The notes under the pieces: generated by a model
Databases searched by the model: none
Told to the model about the DNA's origin: nothing
Seen by the model: only the letters and a program-made list of their open reading frames with translations
Position numbers and translations under genes: made by a program
DNA from: Laetmonice hystrix
Lineage: Eukaryota
DNA: 64,000 bases
NCBI GenBank assembly: GCA_965235115.1
Contig: OZ249436.1
Coordinates: forward strand, 21,206,001-21,270,000
Direction: 5' to 3'
Shown: positions 1-12,979 of the stretch, piece by piece
How the letters are laid out: every line of letters begins with the position of its first letter
Numbering within the stretch: the first letter of the stretch is position 1

Positions 1-3000
1 AAGGTATAAACAAGACTGCATGGACCTCTATTAAGTGAAATGTTTCTTGAATGGACTCAAATTCTTTCTGATCCTAGACTCAGACATTTTTTTATTGAAT
101 TGTTTGGTTTCAAGGTATTTTAGCTCAATTATCTGTGGGCAGACTAACCGTGTTGTGCTTTTCAAGTCATAATTTCAAAAATGAGAAACTCCAACTAAAC
201 TGTTCATGGACCACTGATAATGGACCATGTATTTTTAATCGTGTCGCAATGCCAGCGGTAATTACCTGATTCTATTGGAAAGGTAGAATTTCTTAACCTA
301 AGGAATGGCTGTGAAGGGCCCCTCCCCCGTCTATGTGCAGATGAACCACCTGAAGACATGTTGGCAGTCTGAATTGCCGGTACATGGTTAGTCTGATCGC
401 ACCAACTGCCGCGTTCTTCGCAAATGTTTACATTATGTGCTTGAAACGTAAACCTGCCACTGGCACTGAATGCAAGGCTGAGACTGACTTGATGTCGTCG
501 ATTTCCGCTAGAGGGAGATCGCGTTGGGATTGTTTGCTTTTATACCGCCAGAGGGCAGCAATGACGTGAATTATCCTGGTTTGAGAGTCGACTTTTCTGG
601 CCGGTTCTTTCTCCCGGGTGAAGACAGTGAAGCGAGCCTGTTAGATTTTTAGCTCCTTTCTTGGGGGCGAGTGCTGCTAAAATAACCACAACACTGATGT
701 CGTTAAAATCGATACAAATTGGTTTAGACTGCACATGCGCAGGGAACCAAGCACTGATTACAAAAATTCATGGAACACTCTTGAGAATATGCAACTAGTA
801 CACTTTTCTACAGTTCTACTTTCTACAGTTCTACTTCGTATAACGATTTCGGTCACAGTACTGGAGTTCTTCCCCAAATGTAACATTTGGGCCAATACAC
901 TGTAATTACTTTATTAATTTGATGAAACTGTATGTGTGTCATGGTCTATGTGTAGGGTAGTCTTGTGGCGGTGTACTGGTGTCAATGTGTGAACCGCCGT
1001 GCCCACGCTCAGTGTGTGAACGTTACTGGAGTTGGTAGGGCCAGGGCCAGGCCGGGGTGGGTTGTCTAAACGGTCAGTCTCGCTGCTCTCACTCACCGAC
1101 TCGCGGTGACAGAGGTCGGCTGTTAGCGCTGACCCGAACCCTGACTTGACGCGGTTCTGTCCCGGGACACTGCCCATCCTCTATACCCCCACCTCTAAAC
1201 CAACTACGCCGTTATTATTCCCCATTCATGGCGGGTTGACATTTCCTATGGCCAGAAACTCGGCACTCAAACCTCGTAATTACCACGATAATTTTGTTTA
1301 TGGGACCCGGGAGAAAGTTACAACTCGTCGAGTTGTTGGGTACACGTTCAGACGGTCGGGTTGACAAGGTTTTAAGTCTTTTACTGTACGTAGAAATCGA
1401 GGAAAGGCTTTACCGGTTATGTTCCATTCAAACCTGCCCAGTTTTTATCTTTAAAAGTTACATTGACATACAGGCTGACAATGGGGCAATGTAATGCGGG
1501 CACACAAAGCAGCCAAAAGACTATTTTATCAGTCGATATTTTGATCCTAGCAATATAATATTTTTACCGTATAAAAGAGTAATCAATTCAGCGTGCATGT
1601 ATAGATGATTTTATAAAGTGCACTGAAATGGATGAAGTGACACATGTATGTTCCTGCATAAAAGTAAATGAACAAGCATGTTGGGTTGTACCCGGTTGTC
1701 AATCATGAAGAAACGCATGTCGGAATGCATGACACGGTGCAATCGTAGAGAAAAAAACGTGTGTCGAAACTTTCGGACATGTATATTTCAGTGGTGGTGC
1801 CGACAGATTGTAAATATTAAAAACGTGTTCATTTTATCATGTTGCATATCTAAATGTATATAGAGGAAGTTTTAAAGACGCATATGCTCTTTGGTATTGA
1901 CTGGGTAGACTGCTGAGCCAGAAAGGATGCCGTATGTGGTAGCATCCTGAAACGTTTATAATCATTTTATATGTAAGCAATGGTACCTTGAGCTGGTGTC
2001 AACAAATTAATAAGACATCGATCCTCTCTCCCCGCCCTTTCCTGATTTATTGATCCCAGAAATTGGGTATGCTAGAAATTCGTGCACCCCGTCACTGTTG
2101 GATTACTGAGAAACAGACGCATTGTGTATATTGTAGGCAAGATACCTTTATAAACATCGGTGCAGGTAACTTTGTATAGGTTGGGTGCCAGGAATGGGTT
2201 CGGTTCTATCATGATAAATTGCTAGATGTGTTATTTTATCAAAATGTACATAAACAGTCGGATTACATAACCAACACTGAATATAGGATTATAACACAAA
2301 CATACACATTAACAACACAGCAATAAATCATATTTAAAGTTTTATACATTTATGAAGAAAGGAGTTGTTGTGTTTGTTTCATATCCGGGAAGAAACCAAC
2401 TATAAATCCAATTTCTCTTATGTGTAGCGCAGTAATTCGTTTTGGAAAAAAAACATTTCTCGAACAATATCTACATAGGTGCGCTTTAATTATTTTTCTT
2501 ACATTTAACAAATAGAAGTACTGTACAAAAATCGGTCAAAATAGATTACTGTTTCCACCAATTACGTGTATTCTGTAAAAACAATGAAATTTAAATGTTC
2601 AATAAGTGGACCATCGAATATAATTCACCATAATGACTACATTTTTCCTGGAGTTGGGCGCGTCATATGATCCTTAGTTTGAACATTTATATGTATACTA
2701 AAAATGTCTTGATTACCAATTAAAGTAACTCAAGACCACCCCCTTCCCACCAGGAATGATAGAGACCGTCACAGTCGCGCACTTTGTAAGGGGTTACAAT
2801 TATTGAGGTGGGCGCACTTTGTCTTGACGTAAAGATCTATGTAAGTCAATCTTTGTTATTTCGAAAAGCGTAGAGAAAACCTTCCCGTTTCTTTGTAGAT
2901 TTTCTTTTTTCCTGTGTCATTCGTTTGTTTCCCTCCAACAAAAGTTCATGTAACTCTCAGTCTGGTAGTTTGTCTGATCATTGTTTACATAATATAAATG

Positions 3001-3021
3001 CGGTAATATACGTGTTATGCA

Positions 3022-3123
3022 TCCGGCTGTCTCCGGACCCATTTTTTAAGGTTATGCCTCAGGAATGTGTTGTGCCTCCGGCTGTCTCCAGACCCATTTT
3101 TTAAGGTTATGCCTAAGGAATGT
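3022..3123. repeat. Two-copy ~56-bp direct duplication
   Basis: CCGGCTGTCTCC(G/A)GACCCATTTTTTAAGGTTATGCCT(C/A)AGGAATGT occurs twice head-to-tail. Confidence 0.85.
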
Positions 3124-3820
3124 TTCTAGGCCTATATTGGCCGGATTGATCGATGTCTTATTCACGTCCAGATAAAACAACAAATAAATAAGGAATTTAT
3201 CTTTGACGTAAGTAACTTGACCCAGCAAGGCAAGCACCTTCACTGATCCAAGGAAATACATGTTAAATAGTTCGGTTTATTATTTGTAACAGTTCACGAA
3301 GGGAAGATCTTGGTTTGGCACGCGGGGTGCTGTTCTTTCTTTTTGTTTCTAGTCTCTAGTTCCACTTAAAACATCAGAGTGAGACAGCCGTAGCCGGCCC
3401 ACTGATTAAGAATAATGAAGCTTGTCACACCCATTTCCCACGCTCTAAACAATTAGTGTTGACTCTCTCTGCGTTTACATTGTGCCCCTTCTAAATTGTC
3501 GCTGAAATTTTAACAATTTTACAGCGATTCACATTCAGTTTATGTATTAGCGTTTGTATTAAGGGTTTTTATTGTTGCAGATTCCCCAGGCCAGTGGAAC
3601 TGACATCGGTATCTGAATCTAGACTTTGATTATTCAAATAGTGCATTTTTAGGCGACACTCCGTCACGCAGTACCAATAGATGTTGTTATTGTAGACTAT
3701 CAACCATTGCGTGCCGCTGCCAGGTGCGCAACACCAAACTTTTGAGTTTACCCGTTTAACTATGGTACTGTCGGGGATTGCAAAATTTTAAAGGGAAATC
3801 TTTAATGGAAGATAGGAGTT

Positions 3821-4102
3821 CAGGCGCGGATCCAGAGGGGGGGGGGGGGGGGGTTAGGGGTCATGACCCCCCCCCTGCTGTCGGCCATTTTATAATGACA
3901 GGTGGTAATTTTCATTAATTAAATTTTGACCAAAAGGTCGGCACCTAAAGCTCTTCAGTTGGATGCTGAGAAGCCGGGAAATAGCATATATGGCCTTTTA
4001 TATTCCCAAAAAGTTTCAGTCGGAGCCCCCCCCCCGCCCTTGGCGCGGGCGCATGCTAACAACCCCCCCCCCCCCTTGCAAAAAATCCTTGATCCACCCC
4101 TG
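3821..4102. mobile_element. MITE with CAG...CTG termini and 5-bp TSD
   Basis: TIRs CAGGCGCGGATCCAG / CTTGATCCACCCCTG (12/15 match); poly-G inside the left TIR and poly-C inside the right TIR; GAGTT flanks both sides. Confidence 0.85.
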
Positions 4103-4399
4103 GAGTTATGAACGAAGATACGCCTTTTCGGGCGGGCAATTGCAATACCTTGAAATGGCATCTTAAATGTTTTTGTTTAAAAACTTTTTTTAATTTTCTT
4201 GGGGTCCATCGGCATTGCTGGTTTTCATTGATCTGCAGCTCAAAGTTACATTGTCTTACAGTATACTAAACAGAAAACAAATAGATCTACATGTATTTAC
4301 AAGAAGTGCTCAATAACATGAGCGAGGTAAATCACTTTATAGAAAACTTTCTAAAAAAAATATGTTAAAAGATTACATTTTAACATATTTGTTATGCTA

Positions 4400-4650
4400 A
4401 TGATAATGGATCGTAGATTTTCCTATAACCCCCTCCCCCTAACTGAAACTAAAACAACAATAACGACAAGAAAAAAACGTCCCATGGATTAACTGAGAAA
4501 CCCCGTATCGAGCATCCCCCCCCCTTAAATTCTGGACGATGTTATTTTTATCATCCAATTATGATTACTGTATATTAGGCCTATGCCTAATAATGTGTTC
4601 TTGCCCGATAGTTACGCCCCCCCCTAAAAGAATTCCTGGATCCCCCCATG
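4400..4650. mobile_element. Degenerate MITE fragment related to the CAG...CTG group
   Basis: Ends in AATTCCTGGATCCCCCCATG, resembling a right TIR; shares CTGAGAAACCCCGTATCGAG with the MITE at 5064-5305; left end unclear. Confidence 0.5.
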
Positions 4651-4939
4651 ATACAGCTAGGGGTATTTCCATTTAGTCCGGGTCCACGTCCGGTCCGGTT
4701 GTTTCTAACTATACCGGAAGTACAAATACATGTGTCATTTCCATTGGTCCGGTTTGCCGTACGGCAATCAAACGGTCCGGTAAAAAAATCCAGCAATGTT
4801 GGATTTTTACTGGACCAGACTGGGGTTGGCTGTCTGGAAATTCCCCTGTGACGTCATTTTATGGAGTTATCCCCGACCACATGCTTCGCGCATATATCGT
4901 CGATATCGCCATGCAGTCTGAGAAAATTCCTCTTCAGTT

Positions 4940-5345
4940 GTGATCGGGGGGTCCAACATAACTCAGTATCTCCTCAAATGTACACAGAGACATTCTTAAA
5001 TATTCATGAAACTTTTCTGGGTCCTCTCCGAACTCCCGGATCAGATTATGGTAGGTAGTACCGCAGGGGTGTAGCCACCGGGAGCGTTCGGGGGGGCCTC
5101 CCCCCCCCCCCAAACCCAAACTTGCATAGGCCTACCGTATAAGTACAATGTATATGTAGACTCTATTTATCTTGGCTGAGAAACCCCGTATCGAGTAAAT
5201 TAAGGGCGGGTTTCGCCCTGCCCCCCCCCCTCAGAAAATCCTGACCCCCCCCCTCAGAAAATCCTGACCCCCCCCCCCCCCCAGAAAATCCTGGCTACAC
5301 GCATGCACCCTGCTGTTAGTCCATCTGGCGGACCCACCAACAGCT
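4940..5345 (-). pseudogene. Harbinger-type DDE transposase N-terminal remnant, interrupted by a MITE
   Basis: Minus strand reads CWWVRQMD*QQG, then the insertion at 5064-5305, then TYHNLIREFGEDPEKFHEYLRMSLCTFEEILSYVGP. This fits the WVR...G.YHNL..E...D...F..Y.RMS...F..L...GP pattern of Harbinger/HARBI1-like transposases; a stop and a frameshift are present. Confidence 0.7.
5064..5305. mobile_element. MITE (CAG-terminus group) nested in the Harbinger remnant
   Basis: TIRs CAGGGGTGTAGCCA / TGGCTACACGCATG; G/C tracts; internal duplication of CCCCCTCAGAAAATCCTGA; flanks TACCG/CACCC match only 3/5. Confidence 0.7.
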
Positions 5346-6020
5346 GCAGAGTCCGCTCTGCACCTAGCGAGGTGGACAGCAAGTTCCGGTTTACCCTGCT
5401 GTAGGATATACACCTGCCGTATCAATATGTCATGTAGTTACTCCTATCAATATGTCATGTATCCATTATCTCTGTTTTCTTGTAGCATACATCTTGGAGT
5501 GTGACGCGTCTTTGTAGCAAGGGGTGGCTCCAGGATCTTGGTAACGGTGGGTGGGTCAGGGGAAGAACTTGCTAAAGTTCTAAAGTTCTAAGGGGGGGGG
5601 GTCTTATATAGCATGGTAAATTCAGAAAGTTCTATGTGGGGAAAAAAAAAAAAAATTGGTTGACGACCGCTGAATCCGCTAGTCCAAATATGTAGGTAGA
5701 TCTATAGGCATAATTCTTTGTATAAAGACCTCTTCTTCCATCATCTCTATTAGGAGAACATCTTCCACTATATCGACGGTTGACATTTTGGCAAAATATA
5801 TACAAAAATACTGAAATAGGCTTCCTATTTTGTGTCACGTTTCAACATCAATATTTGGGAAAGCCCACTGTGACATCACACGTCGTCAGACGGGAATTCC
5901 ATCAGGTATAGGCTACACTGATGGAGTTTACGGATCCGGTCACCCGGTCTGGTATAACATTACCGGACCAATGGAAAGGCGGCCTGAGATTGTCTATCTA
6001 TAAATGTATCCAGCTAATAA

Positions 6021-6384
6021 CAGGGATATTTTTATCAAATCTCCAAGGCCGGACATTTGAGATTTTGGACCTTTTCTAAAAAAAATTTGGACCTTTTTCT
6101 AAGGGGGTGGTTTAGACCTCCAGATATTTCAAAAAAAAAAATCCCAAATTGTGGACCTTTTTTGTAGTCCACTGGGTCAGAGGTCCAGATATTTTACAAA
6201 AGATCCAAAGTTATGGACCTTTCTCTCTGGCCCATGGCTCACAGGTCCACGATATTTCACAAAGCATCCAAAATTGTGGACTTTCCTTTCCGACATATGC
6301 CTCCCAAATTTTGGACCTTTCGGGGTTGTCAAAATTCAAGGGGGGGGGGGCAATGCCCCCCTCCCCCCGATGAAAATATCCCTG
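6021..6384. mobile_element. MITE with 12-bp perfect TIRs and internal subrepeats
   Basis: CAGGGATATTTT / AAAATATCCCTG; repeated ATTTTGGACCTTT and GGTCCAGATATTT motifs inside; TSD not clean. Confidence 0.7.
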
Positions 6385-9300
6385 TATAGTATTGGTGCAC
6401 CCACCATCTTCTTGTGACTTAGCGCCACTATAGTCACTGCAGTTAGGCCTTGTATAAGGTTAGCTCCTTCATTATGCTAGTGAGATATCTCCATTCTTTT
6501 GTATTCAACAAACATCCGTCAAATCAATGTATTTGGGTGATATTCCGAGTTATTCCGAGTTGTCGGTGGAGGCAGCCAGATGGTATTTCAGACAAAGCTT
6601 CATTTGTAGGCGGCAGTGTTGTTTGATCTCGTTTGGAAAGTTAACGTTAAGATTGATCGCGAGTGGCGCTGACTGTCGCCTCGCGGGGCCGCCTGGGACG
6701 CTGCGAATTCCGCTCGTCACCACGTCACATATCAGCAAGGGCGAACCCGTGAAATTGAATGGAGACGTCGCGCATATGGCGGGATTAGGCGATTGCGCTC
6801 TCAGGATAACACAACCACAATTAGTCATATTTTCTACCGCTAGGAGCAATTATCCTGGGATAAAATACAGTAAGAAAACTTCAGAGTATTAAAAGCATTG
6901 AAAAATAATCTTTGGATGTCCCACTTGTATACAATAAAGATATAAAAACACCATTAAATGCACAAAAAGCATCTTCAGATCTGTTCAGATGTTCATCGTC
7001 TCAAATACTTCATTGTAAATTGAACAAAAAGCATTTTAAAAGGTTTTTCTTTGAGGAAGACACTTCGTCTTTTTGATATGTCGGTATCGATTAGTATGCA
7101 TTCATAATTGCTCTCATTATATAACTTTGGAAAGTGCCGTCTCGATATGTGGAACTATATATTATGGAAGCCATAAGGAATGGCGTTGTTTAAGAGAGAA
7201 AAAGAGACCGCCTTTTTTGCATTATTGAAGATCACGCATCTGCTCTACTCGCACGTTAATATACGGAACGTTGCCGATGTAGGGAAAGATAACTGGTATA
7301 AAGGGACATAAAAATCGATGCTGATATTCATTTTTGAATGTTTGCTCTTTCAGAAATGATCACGACGGAGTAGTTTAGATTAGCCTGCTCTGTCACAGGC
7401 TATAGGTCCACGGATACAAATGTATAACGTTGGGTAGGTGACTGACCCTCCCCTATATACCTCCAGTATGTAGATCTATCCGTTAGCCACATGCCTCTAT
7501 ATCCAGTCCATATCCAGTTAGTGTCATCTAAAGCACAGTGCAGCTATAGGCTACCTAATACCTAATAATAGTTTTAGATATACGTAGTCCATAAGCTTAT
7601 ATGGCTTCAATTCGGGCAATGCGTCACGTGGTATTTTCAAAGTCATTTCCGAAACAAGGGACACTTAGAGTGATCTCTTGCCGGCCTCTTGTACAGATTT
7701 CCATAGCCGACTGAGGGATGCTTATCGCTGACGCGGACTGGAGGGGAATTTATAAGCCAATTTGGCGACTTCGTAATAGGCTTTAATTTCCTTTCTGCCT
7801 GACCGACACGTGACAAACGCGGGCACCGGTGCATGACTATTGAGTCTGCATTAGGCGCCGCAGTTATTAGACACATCACATTGTCTCTCTGACAATACCT
7901 GCAATTGATGGCGATTCTAAAATCGAACGGGACGATTAATTTTCTTATTTTGTAAACCGCTGAAAAGAGTAACCCAGGAACATCAAAATGGGAACCAATA
8001 TTTCACAGCTTGAAATGAGGCGGACACGTGGGATGTTAAAGACCCGCGGATCTGTCCGAGGTTTCTCCATTGTGAAACGTTCACGGCGGTCGACAAGTGT
8101 CGTACGGCTCGACTAGTTACGTCAGAGGCGGGCAGACGAACTTAACATTCGCGCCAATATTTCAGGTTTCAAGTCGCTGATTAAATTGCCCTCTGGTTCT
8201 CTCACTTTCCAGTTCCTCGAAATGGATAATGGACTTTCGGAGTTGTCATTAGCGGATTATGATGAATTAAGGACAGTGCCCCCCTCCCCAAGGTCTCTGT
8301 ATTTTTAGGTCTAGGTGGTCGTCCGGGCCAGGTAATCATTTTTATGACTTAGCCTGTGGTTTGTCAGCATTTTAAGGTAGGATTACAGACATTAAAGACG
8401 ATTAACATATGAAAGAGAGGGAGATAGAGAGAGCGAGAGCGCGCTATAACGTTAATGAATCAAAGAATATTGGTTTTGCCCATATGATCAAAGTATAGGA
8501 CGCACGGGAACGAACAGATGCGCGCGCAGGGATTCCGTCTGTTCCGGTCTGGTGAGCAAGTACCACAGGGTCTGGGAAGAATCCTTACTACATGTCCTCG
8601 GTTAAAAGAATATACCCTCCCCAAAATAACGAGTACGCTAATATCTCAAACGTCTTTTTATGCTCTTTCACAATCAGGGAATCACGCCTAGATCTATAGG
8701 TTTTTTACGCCTTGGGATTGGAAGAGAGTGATATTGTAGTATTAGATTTTGCTAGGATTTGTTTGATAATGTTTTGGTGGAGGGGTAGGATGGTTGTGGT
8801 AATGGGCTGCTATCTCTGCCGTACACGGCCTAGGCTGTGGATACACGCCCATAATGAATCCCCAGGTAGTGTGGCTTGAGGGGATCATAAGGCATGGTGG
8901 TGAGGACTTGGCTGATTGATGGTCTCAGCATTAAGTGGATGGAGATGATCCATCACGGAGTAAGGCAGAGAGACTGAGAGATCTAAAACTGATCGATCTG
9001 GCCCGGCCTGGAAGTGGTCGGGGGGGGGGGGGGGAGGCGACCGGGGGGAGGCGGCAAGTATAGGCTACAATATCTCGTCGTGGGAATGATGGGCCGCGTG
9101 ATTAGAGCACACAGGTTATTATAATCTCTGAGTTTCCTGTGATTGGACCAGCACCAGGGGCGAGGTCGACGCCCACCTTCAAGTGGTTATAGAGAACTCT
9201 ATACTCGAGGTCTGATGTTACTCGGCCGGCTAAAATAAAATTACGAATTGTTGGGGGTGGGTGATGGGGATGGTGGGTATACTGGACCTTCTAATCTTCC

Positions 9301-10056
9301 GGCATGCATATTATGATGTCGTATACTGGACGAGCATGCTTATTGCAATAAGGCATGAAAGAGTAAAAAGATGTGGTGCGCTTTCTCTACGAGCTATTAT
9401 TTATCGTTTTTCATCTTCTTATTAAAACGTTACGTCGACAGTTTATGGGCCTATATAATCGACAACATAGATCTATAGGCTGGCATATAACCGTGTCGTA
9501 TAGGCTTTTAGGACCAACTTATTAACGCTGAATGTTAGACCTGAATTAGTGATGCGCAATGATGATACGTACATGTTGTGTATAGAAATGACAATGTGTG
9601 TCTTTATGATATATGTATCAATGTATATGTATTTATGTATCCTGCAGCACTTTGACAATGGATAATAGCCATAATAGAAGAATACCCTATAGACTACTGT
9701 ATACGGCAGTATCCGGCCTACTATCTCGTGTGACAATGAATATGAATGTAACAATTGATCTTTTCACTGGCGGCCATAAAACCGGATAGACCTAGCGACA
9801 ACTAGCTTTCTTGTGTTCCTTTCAAAGATAAAGTGTGAGAATTTCTCCCCAGAAAACTGTCACTTTAATAGAATGGCAAGCCGGCGCTTTTACACTTTCA
9901 AGCAACAGTTTCGAGAGTCGAAGGTCAACCGCAAAGTGTTCAGTCCCGCAAAACGCCCAGCGTTAAATGTGTTCTTGTTGCAAGACCCGACAATTATGGG
10001 ACGCCGTTGGTACTTTTATTCAGCATTTACAGATATCCTCAAATATTTGCAGATAT

Positions 10057-10747
10057 CTGTCTCCCAGAGTCGTGTGGCGGGTTGGGATTCTCCTCAAGTA
10101 TAAACACTGACCGTCTCGAATAGAATCAAGTTGCTGTCTCCCAGTGTGGCGGGCTGGGTTTCTCCTCAAGTATTTACTCTGACCGTCTCGAATAGAATCA
10201 AGTTGCTATCTCTCAGTGTGGCGGGCTGGGTTTCTCCTTTAGTATTTACTCTGACCGTCTCGAATAAAATCAAGTTGCTGTCTCCCAGTGTGGCGGGCTG
10301 GGTTTCTCCTTTAGTATTTACTCTGATCGTCTCGAATAGAATCAAGTTGCTGTCTCCCAGTGTGGCGGGCTGGCTTTCTCCTCAAGTATTTACTCTGACC
10401 GTCTTGAATAGAATCAAGTTGCTGTCTCCCAGTGTGGCGGGCTGAGTTTCTCCTCAAGTATTTACTCTGACCGTCCCGAATAGAATCAAGTTACTGTCTC
10501 CCAGTGTGGCGGGCTGGGTTTCTCCTCAAGTATTTACTCTGACCGTCTCGAATAGAATCAAGTTACTGTCTCCCAATGCCGTGTGGCGGGCTGGGTTTCT
10601 CCTCAAGTATTTACTCTGACCGTCTCGAATAGAATCAAGTTGCTGTCTCCCAGTGTGGCGGGCTGGGTTTCTCCTCAAGTATTTACTCTGACCGTTTTGA
10701 ATAGAATCAAGTTACTGTCTCCCAGTGTGGCGGGCTGAGTTTCTCCT
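10057..10747. repeat. 72-bp minisatellite, ~9.5 copies
   Basis: Unit CTGTCTCCCAGTGTGGCGGGCTGGGTTTCTCCTCAAGTATTTACTCTGACCGTCTCGAATAGAATCAAGTTG. Confidence 0.97.
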
Positions 10748-12304
10748 TAATAGTATCCCTTTTGCCAGGTTCATACGGGATGATATTCACTGGATGTATT
10801 GATTCTAGTATTGTTTGTGACCAAATATATTTTCTACAAGTATACCTTTTCCATGAACTTGCATTATCTTGAATTCATTTTAAGTTCTCGATAAAAAAGG
10901 CCAAACATTTGAATAGGATTTTGTTCTTTGGTCTACTACTGATGACACTGTATGTACATGTGAGGAAAGGGCACCCAATAAAATTATACTACGGAACATC
11001 TGTGAAATAAACCTGCACGGACGAGTTATACTGTATGCGTGTTTATAATAATTGCATAAAGTTTACAGAGGAGCAGTTCTGGAAATATGAATTATAATAA
11101 TATAATTATAAGCCTAAGTGCCACCTGGCAACATGGGTTCAAGGTGGGTCTTTATAACGGGGTTGTTCCAGGCCTGTTACGTGTACCTTTTATTGTTAAA
11201 GCTTGCATAGCGTGGGAACGACATGCCGGTTTAGATTCCCAGAGGCGTGTCTTCTAGGCAATTAATCCTGAAGTCAAGCGATGGGTCCTTGCCGACGTGC
11301 CTCCGTTAACATATTGAACAGCCGACATATAGGTGTCAGTTACCCCCACACCATGTGACTAACGTAATTTCTCGGCCTTTTGGGTTCAATGTCTGAGGCG
11401 GTGTTGATGAAACGACGTTGTGTGTAGAGCCCGTGTGAAACGGGAGGCCTTCCTGGCAAGTGGTCGTCCGGGGGGTGGAGGCATTGTCCAACCGGCCGGG
11501 GGTGGTATCTGCCTGCCCGGGTACGTGTTCGGGACGGCGTATCGTGGCCGCCCGTTCCTATAGTGAATGTACTCTGTCTATAGGCCCGGGTTAGGTCGGC
11601 AATCCGCGGCCATGTCACCTCAAGTCTACAGCGGCGACGCTTCCCATAGCCACACCTGGAGAGGAATATAGGCGGCAAACTACAAAGGGGGTGAAATTAT
11701 CTTTACCTATGGAAATATGGGGTGAAAGGTTCAGGGCGCCAAGGTCTTCATAATTTTATCAAAATCTATAGGAACAAAGCAGAGTATTATATAATGCACA
11801 TCACAGACTTTTCAGTGATGAAACATTATAGATGATATAATTACATGCATACGTAAGTGAAATGAACAGGAAAAATATATCAAACACGTTATTCATATAG
11901 TGATATATACAAGGACTGCGTTGTGCTGTCACTGTTATGCTGATAATAAAGATGAAAAGGATAATTGAAGGAGATATTGTTAGCATTTTGTTGTGTATGA
12001 TGGGGAAGATGGGGCATTGAGGTTATTCATATAGCCGGCTGTTTAGGAGTGAGGAGACATGAGGACGATACTCATATAAAGGATTTTATACTAATATCAA
12101 GAGGAAATAACACTTGGTTATAATCTTTAACGCAAAAGAGGCATTAAGAGGTCAAACTGGGGACGATTTAACTACTATAACTTTAAACAACAGCGGTCTT
12201 AAAATAGATAATTTTGCGAAGTTCTCACAATAAATGAACAGCGCATGACCCCTTCTCGAAACTTACGAATCACTTCACTGTCATTGGGGATAATCTTGGT
12301 AGAT

Positions 12305-12979
12305 ATAGGCAAAGACCCTACAATTACAAGGCATAGGCAAAGACCCTACAATTACAAGGCATAGGCAAAGACCCTACAATTACAAGGCATGGGCAAAGAC
12401 CCTACAATTACAAGGCATAGGCAAAGACCCTACAATTACAAGGCATGGGCAAAGACCCTACAATTACAAGGCATGGGCAAAGACCCTACAATTACAAGGC
12501 ATAGGCAAAGACCCTACAATTACAAGGCATAGGCAAAGACCCTACAATTACAAGGCATAGGCAAAGACCCTACAATTACAAGGCATGGGCAAAGACCCTA
12601 CAATTTCAAGGCATGGGCAAAGACCCTACAATTACAAGGCATGGGCAAAGACCCTACAATAATTACAAGGCATGGGCAAAGACCCTACAATTACAAGGCA
12701 TGGGCAAAGACCCTACAATTACAAGGCATGGGCAAAGACCCTACAATTACAAGGCATGGGCAAAGACCCTACAATAATTACAAGGCATGGGCAAAGACCC
12801 TACAATTACAAGGCATGGGCAAAGACCCTACAATTACAAGGCATGGGCAAAGACCCTACAATTACAAGGCATGGGCAAAGACCCTACAATTACAAGGCAT
12901 GAGCAAAGACCCTACAATTACAAGGCATGGGCAAAGACCCTACAATTACAAGGCATAGGCAAAGACCCTACAATTACAA
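12305..12979. repeat. 28-bp minisatellite, ~24 copies
   Basis: Unit AT(A/G)GGCAAAGACCCTACAATTACAAGGC; two copies carry an extra AAT. Confidence 0.97.

Larger units (their letters stand above)
4660..5984 (-). mobile_element. Degraded PIF/Harbinger DNA transposon with nested insertions
   Basis: Imperfect inverted ends GGGGTATTTCCATTTAGTCCGG / CCGGACCAATGGAAAGGCGGCC; perfect 16-bp inverted pair TTTCCATTGGTCCGGT (4738-4753) / ACCGGACCAATGGAAA (5962-5977); internal transposase remnant. Confidence 0.65.

Noticed and set aside
10131..10445. In-frame 24-aa repeat ORF (likewise the 7-aa repeat at 41225-41689 and the 14-aa repeat at 57095-57664)
   Set aside because: The unit length is a multiple of 3, but other units carry stops or indels, or several frames are open; no recognisable domain or exon context.
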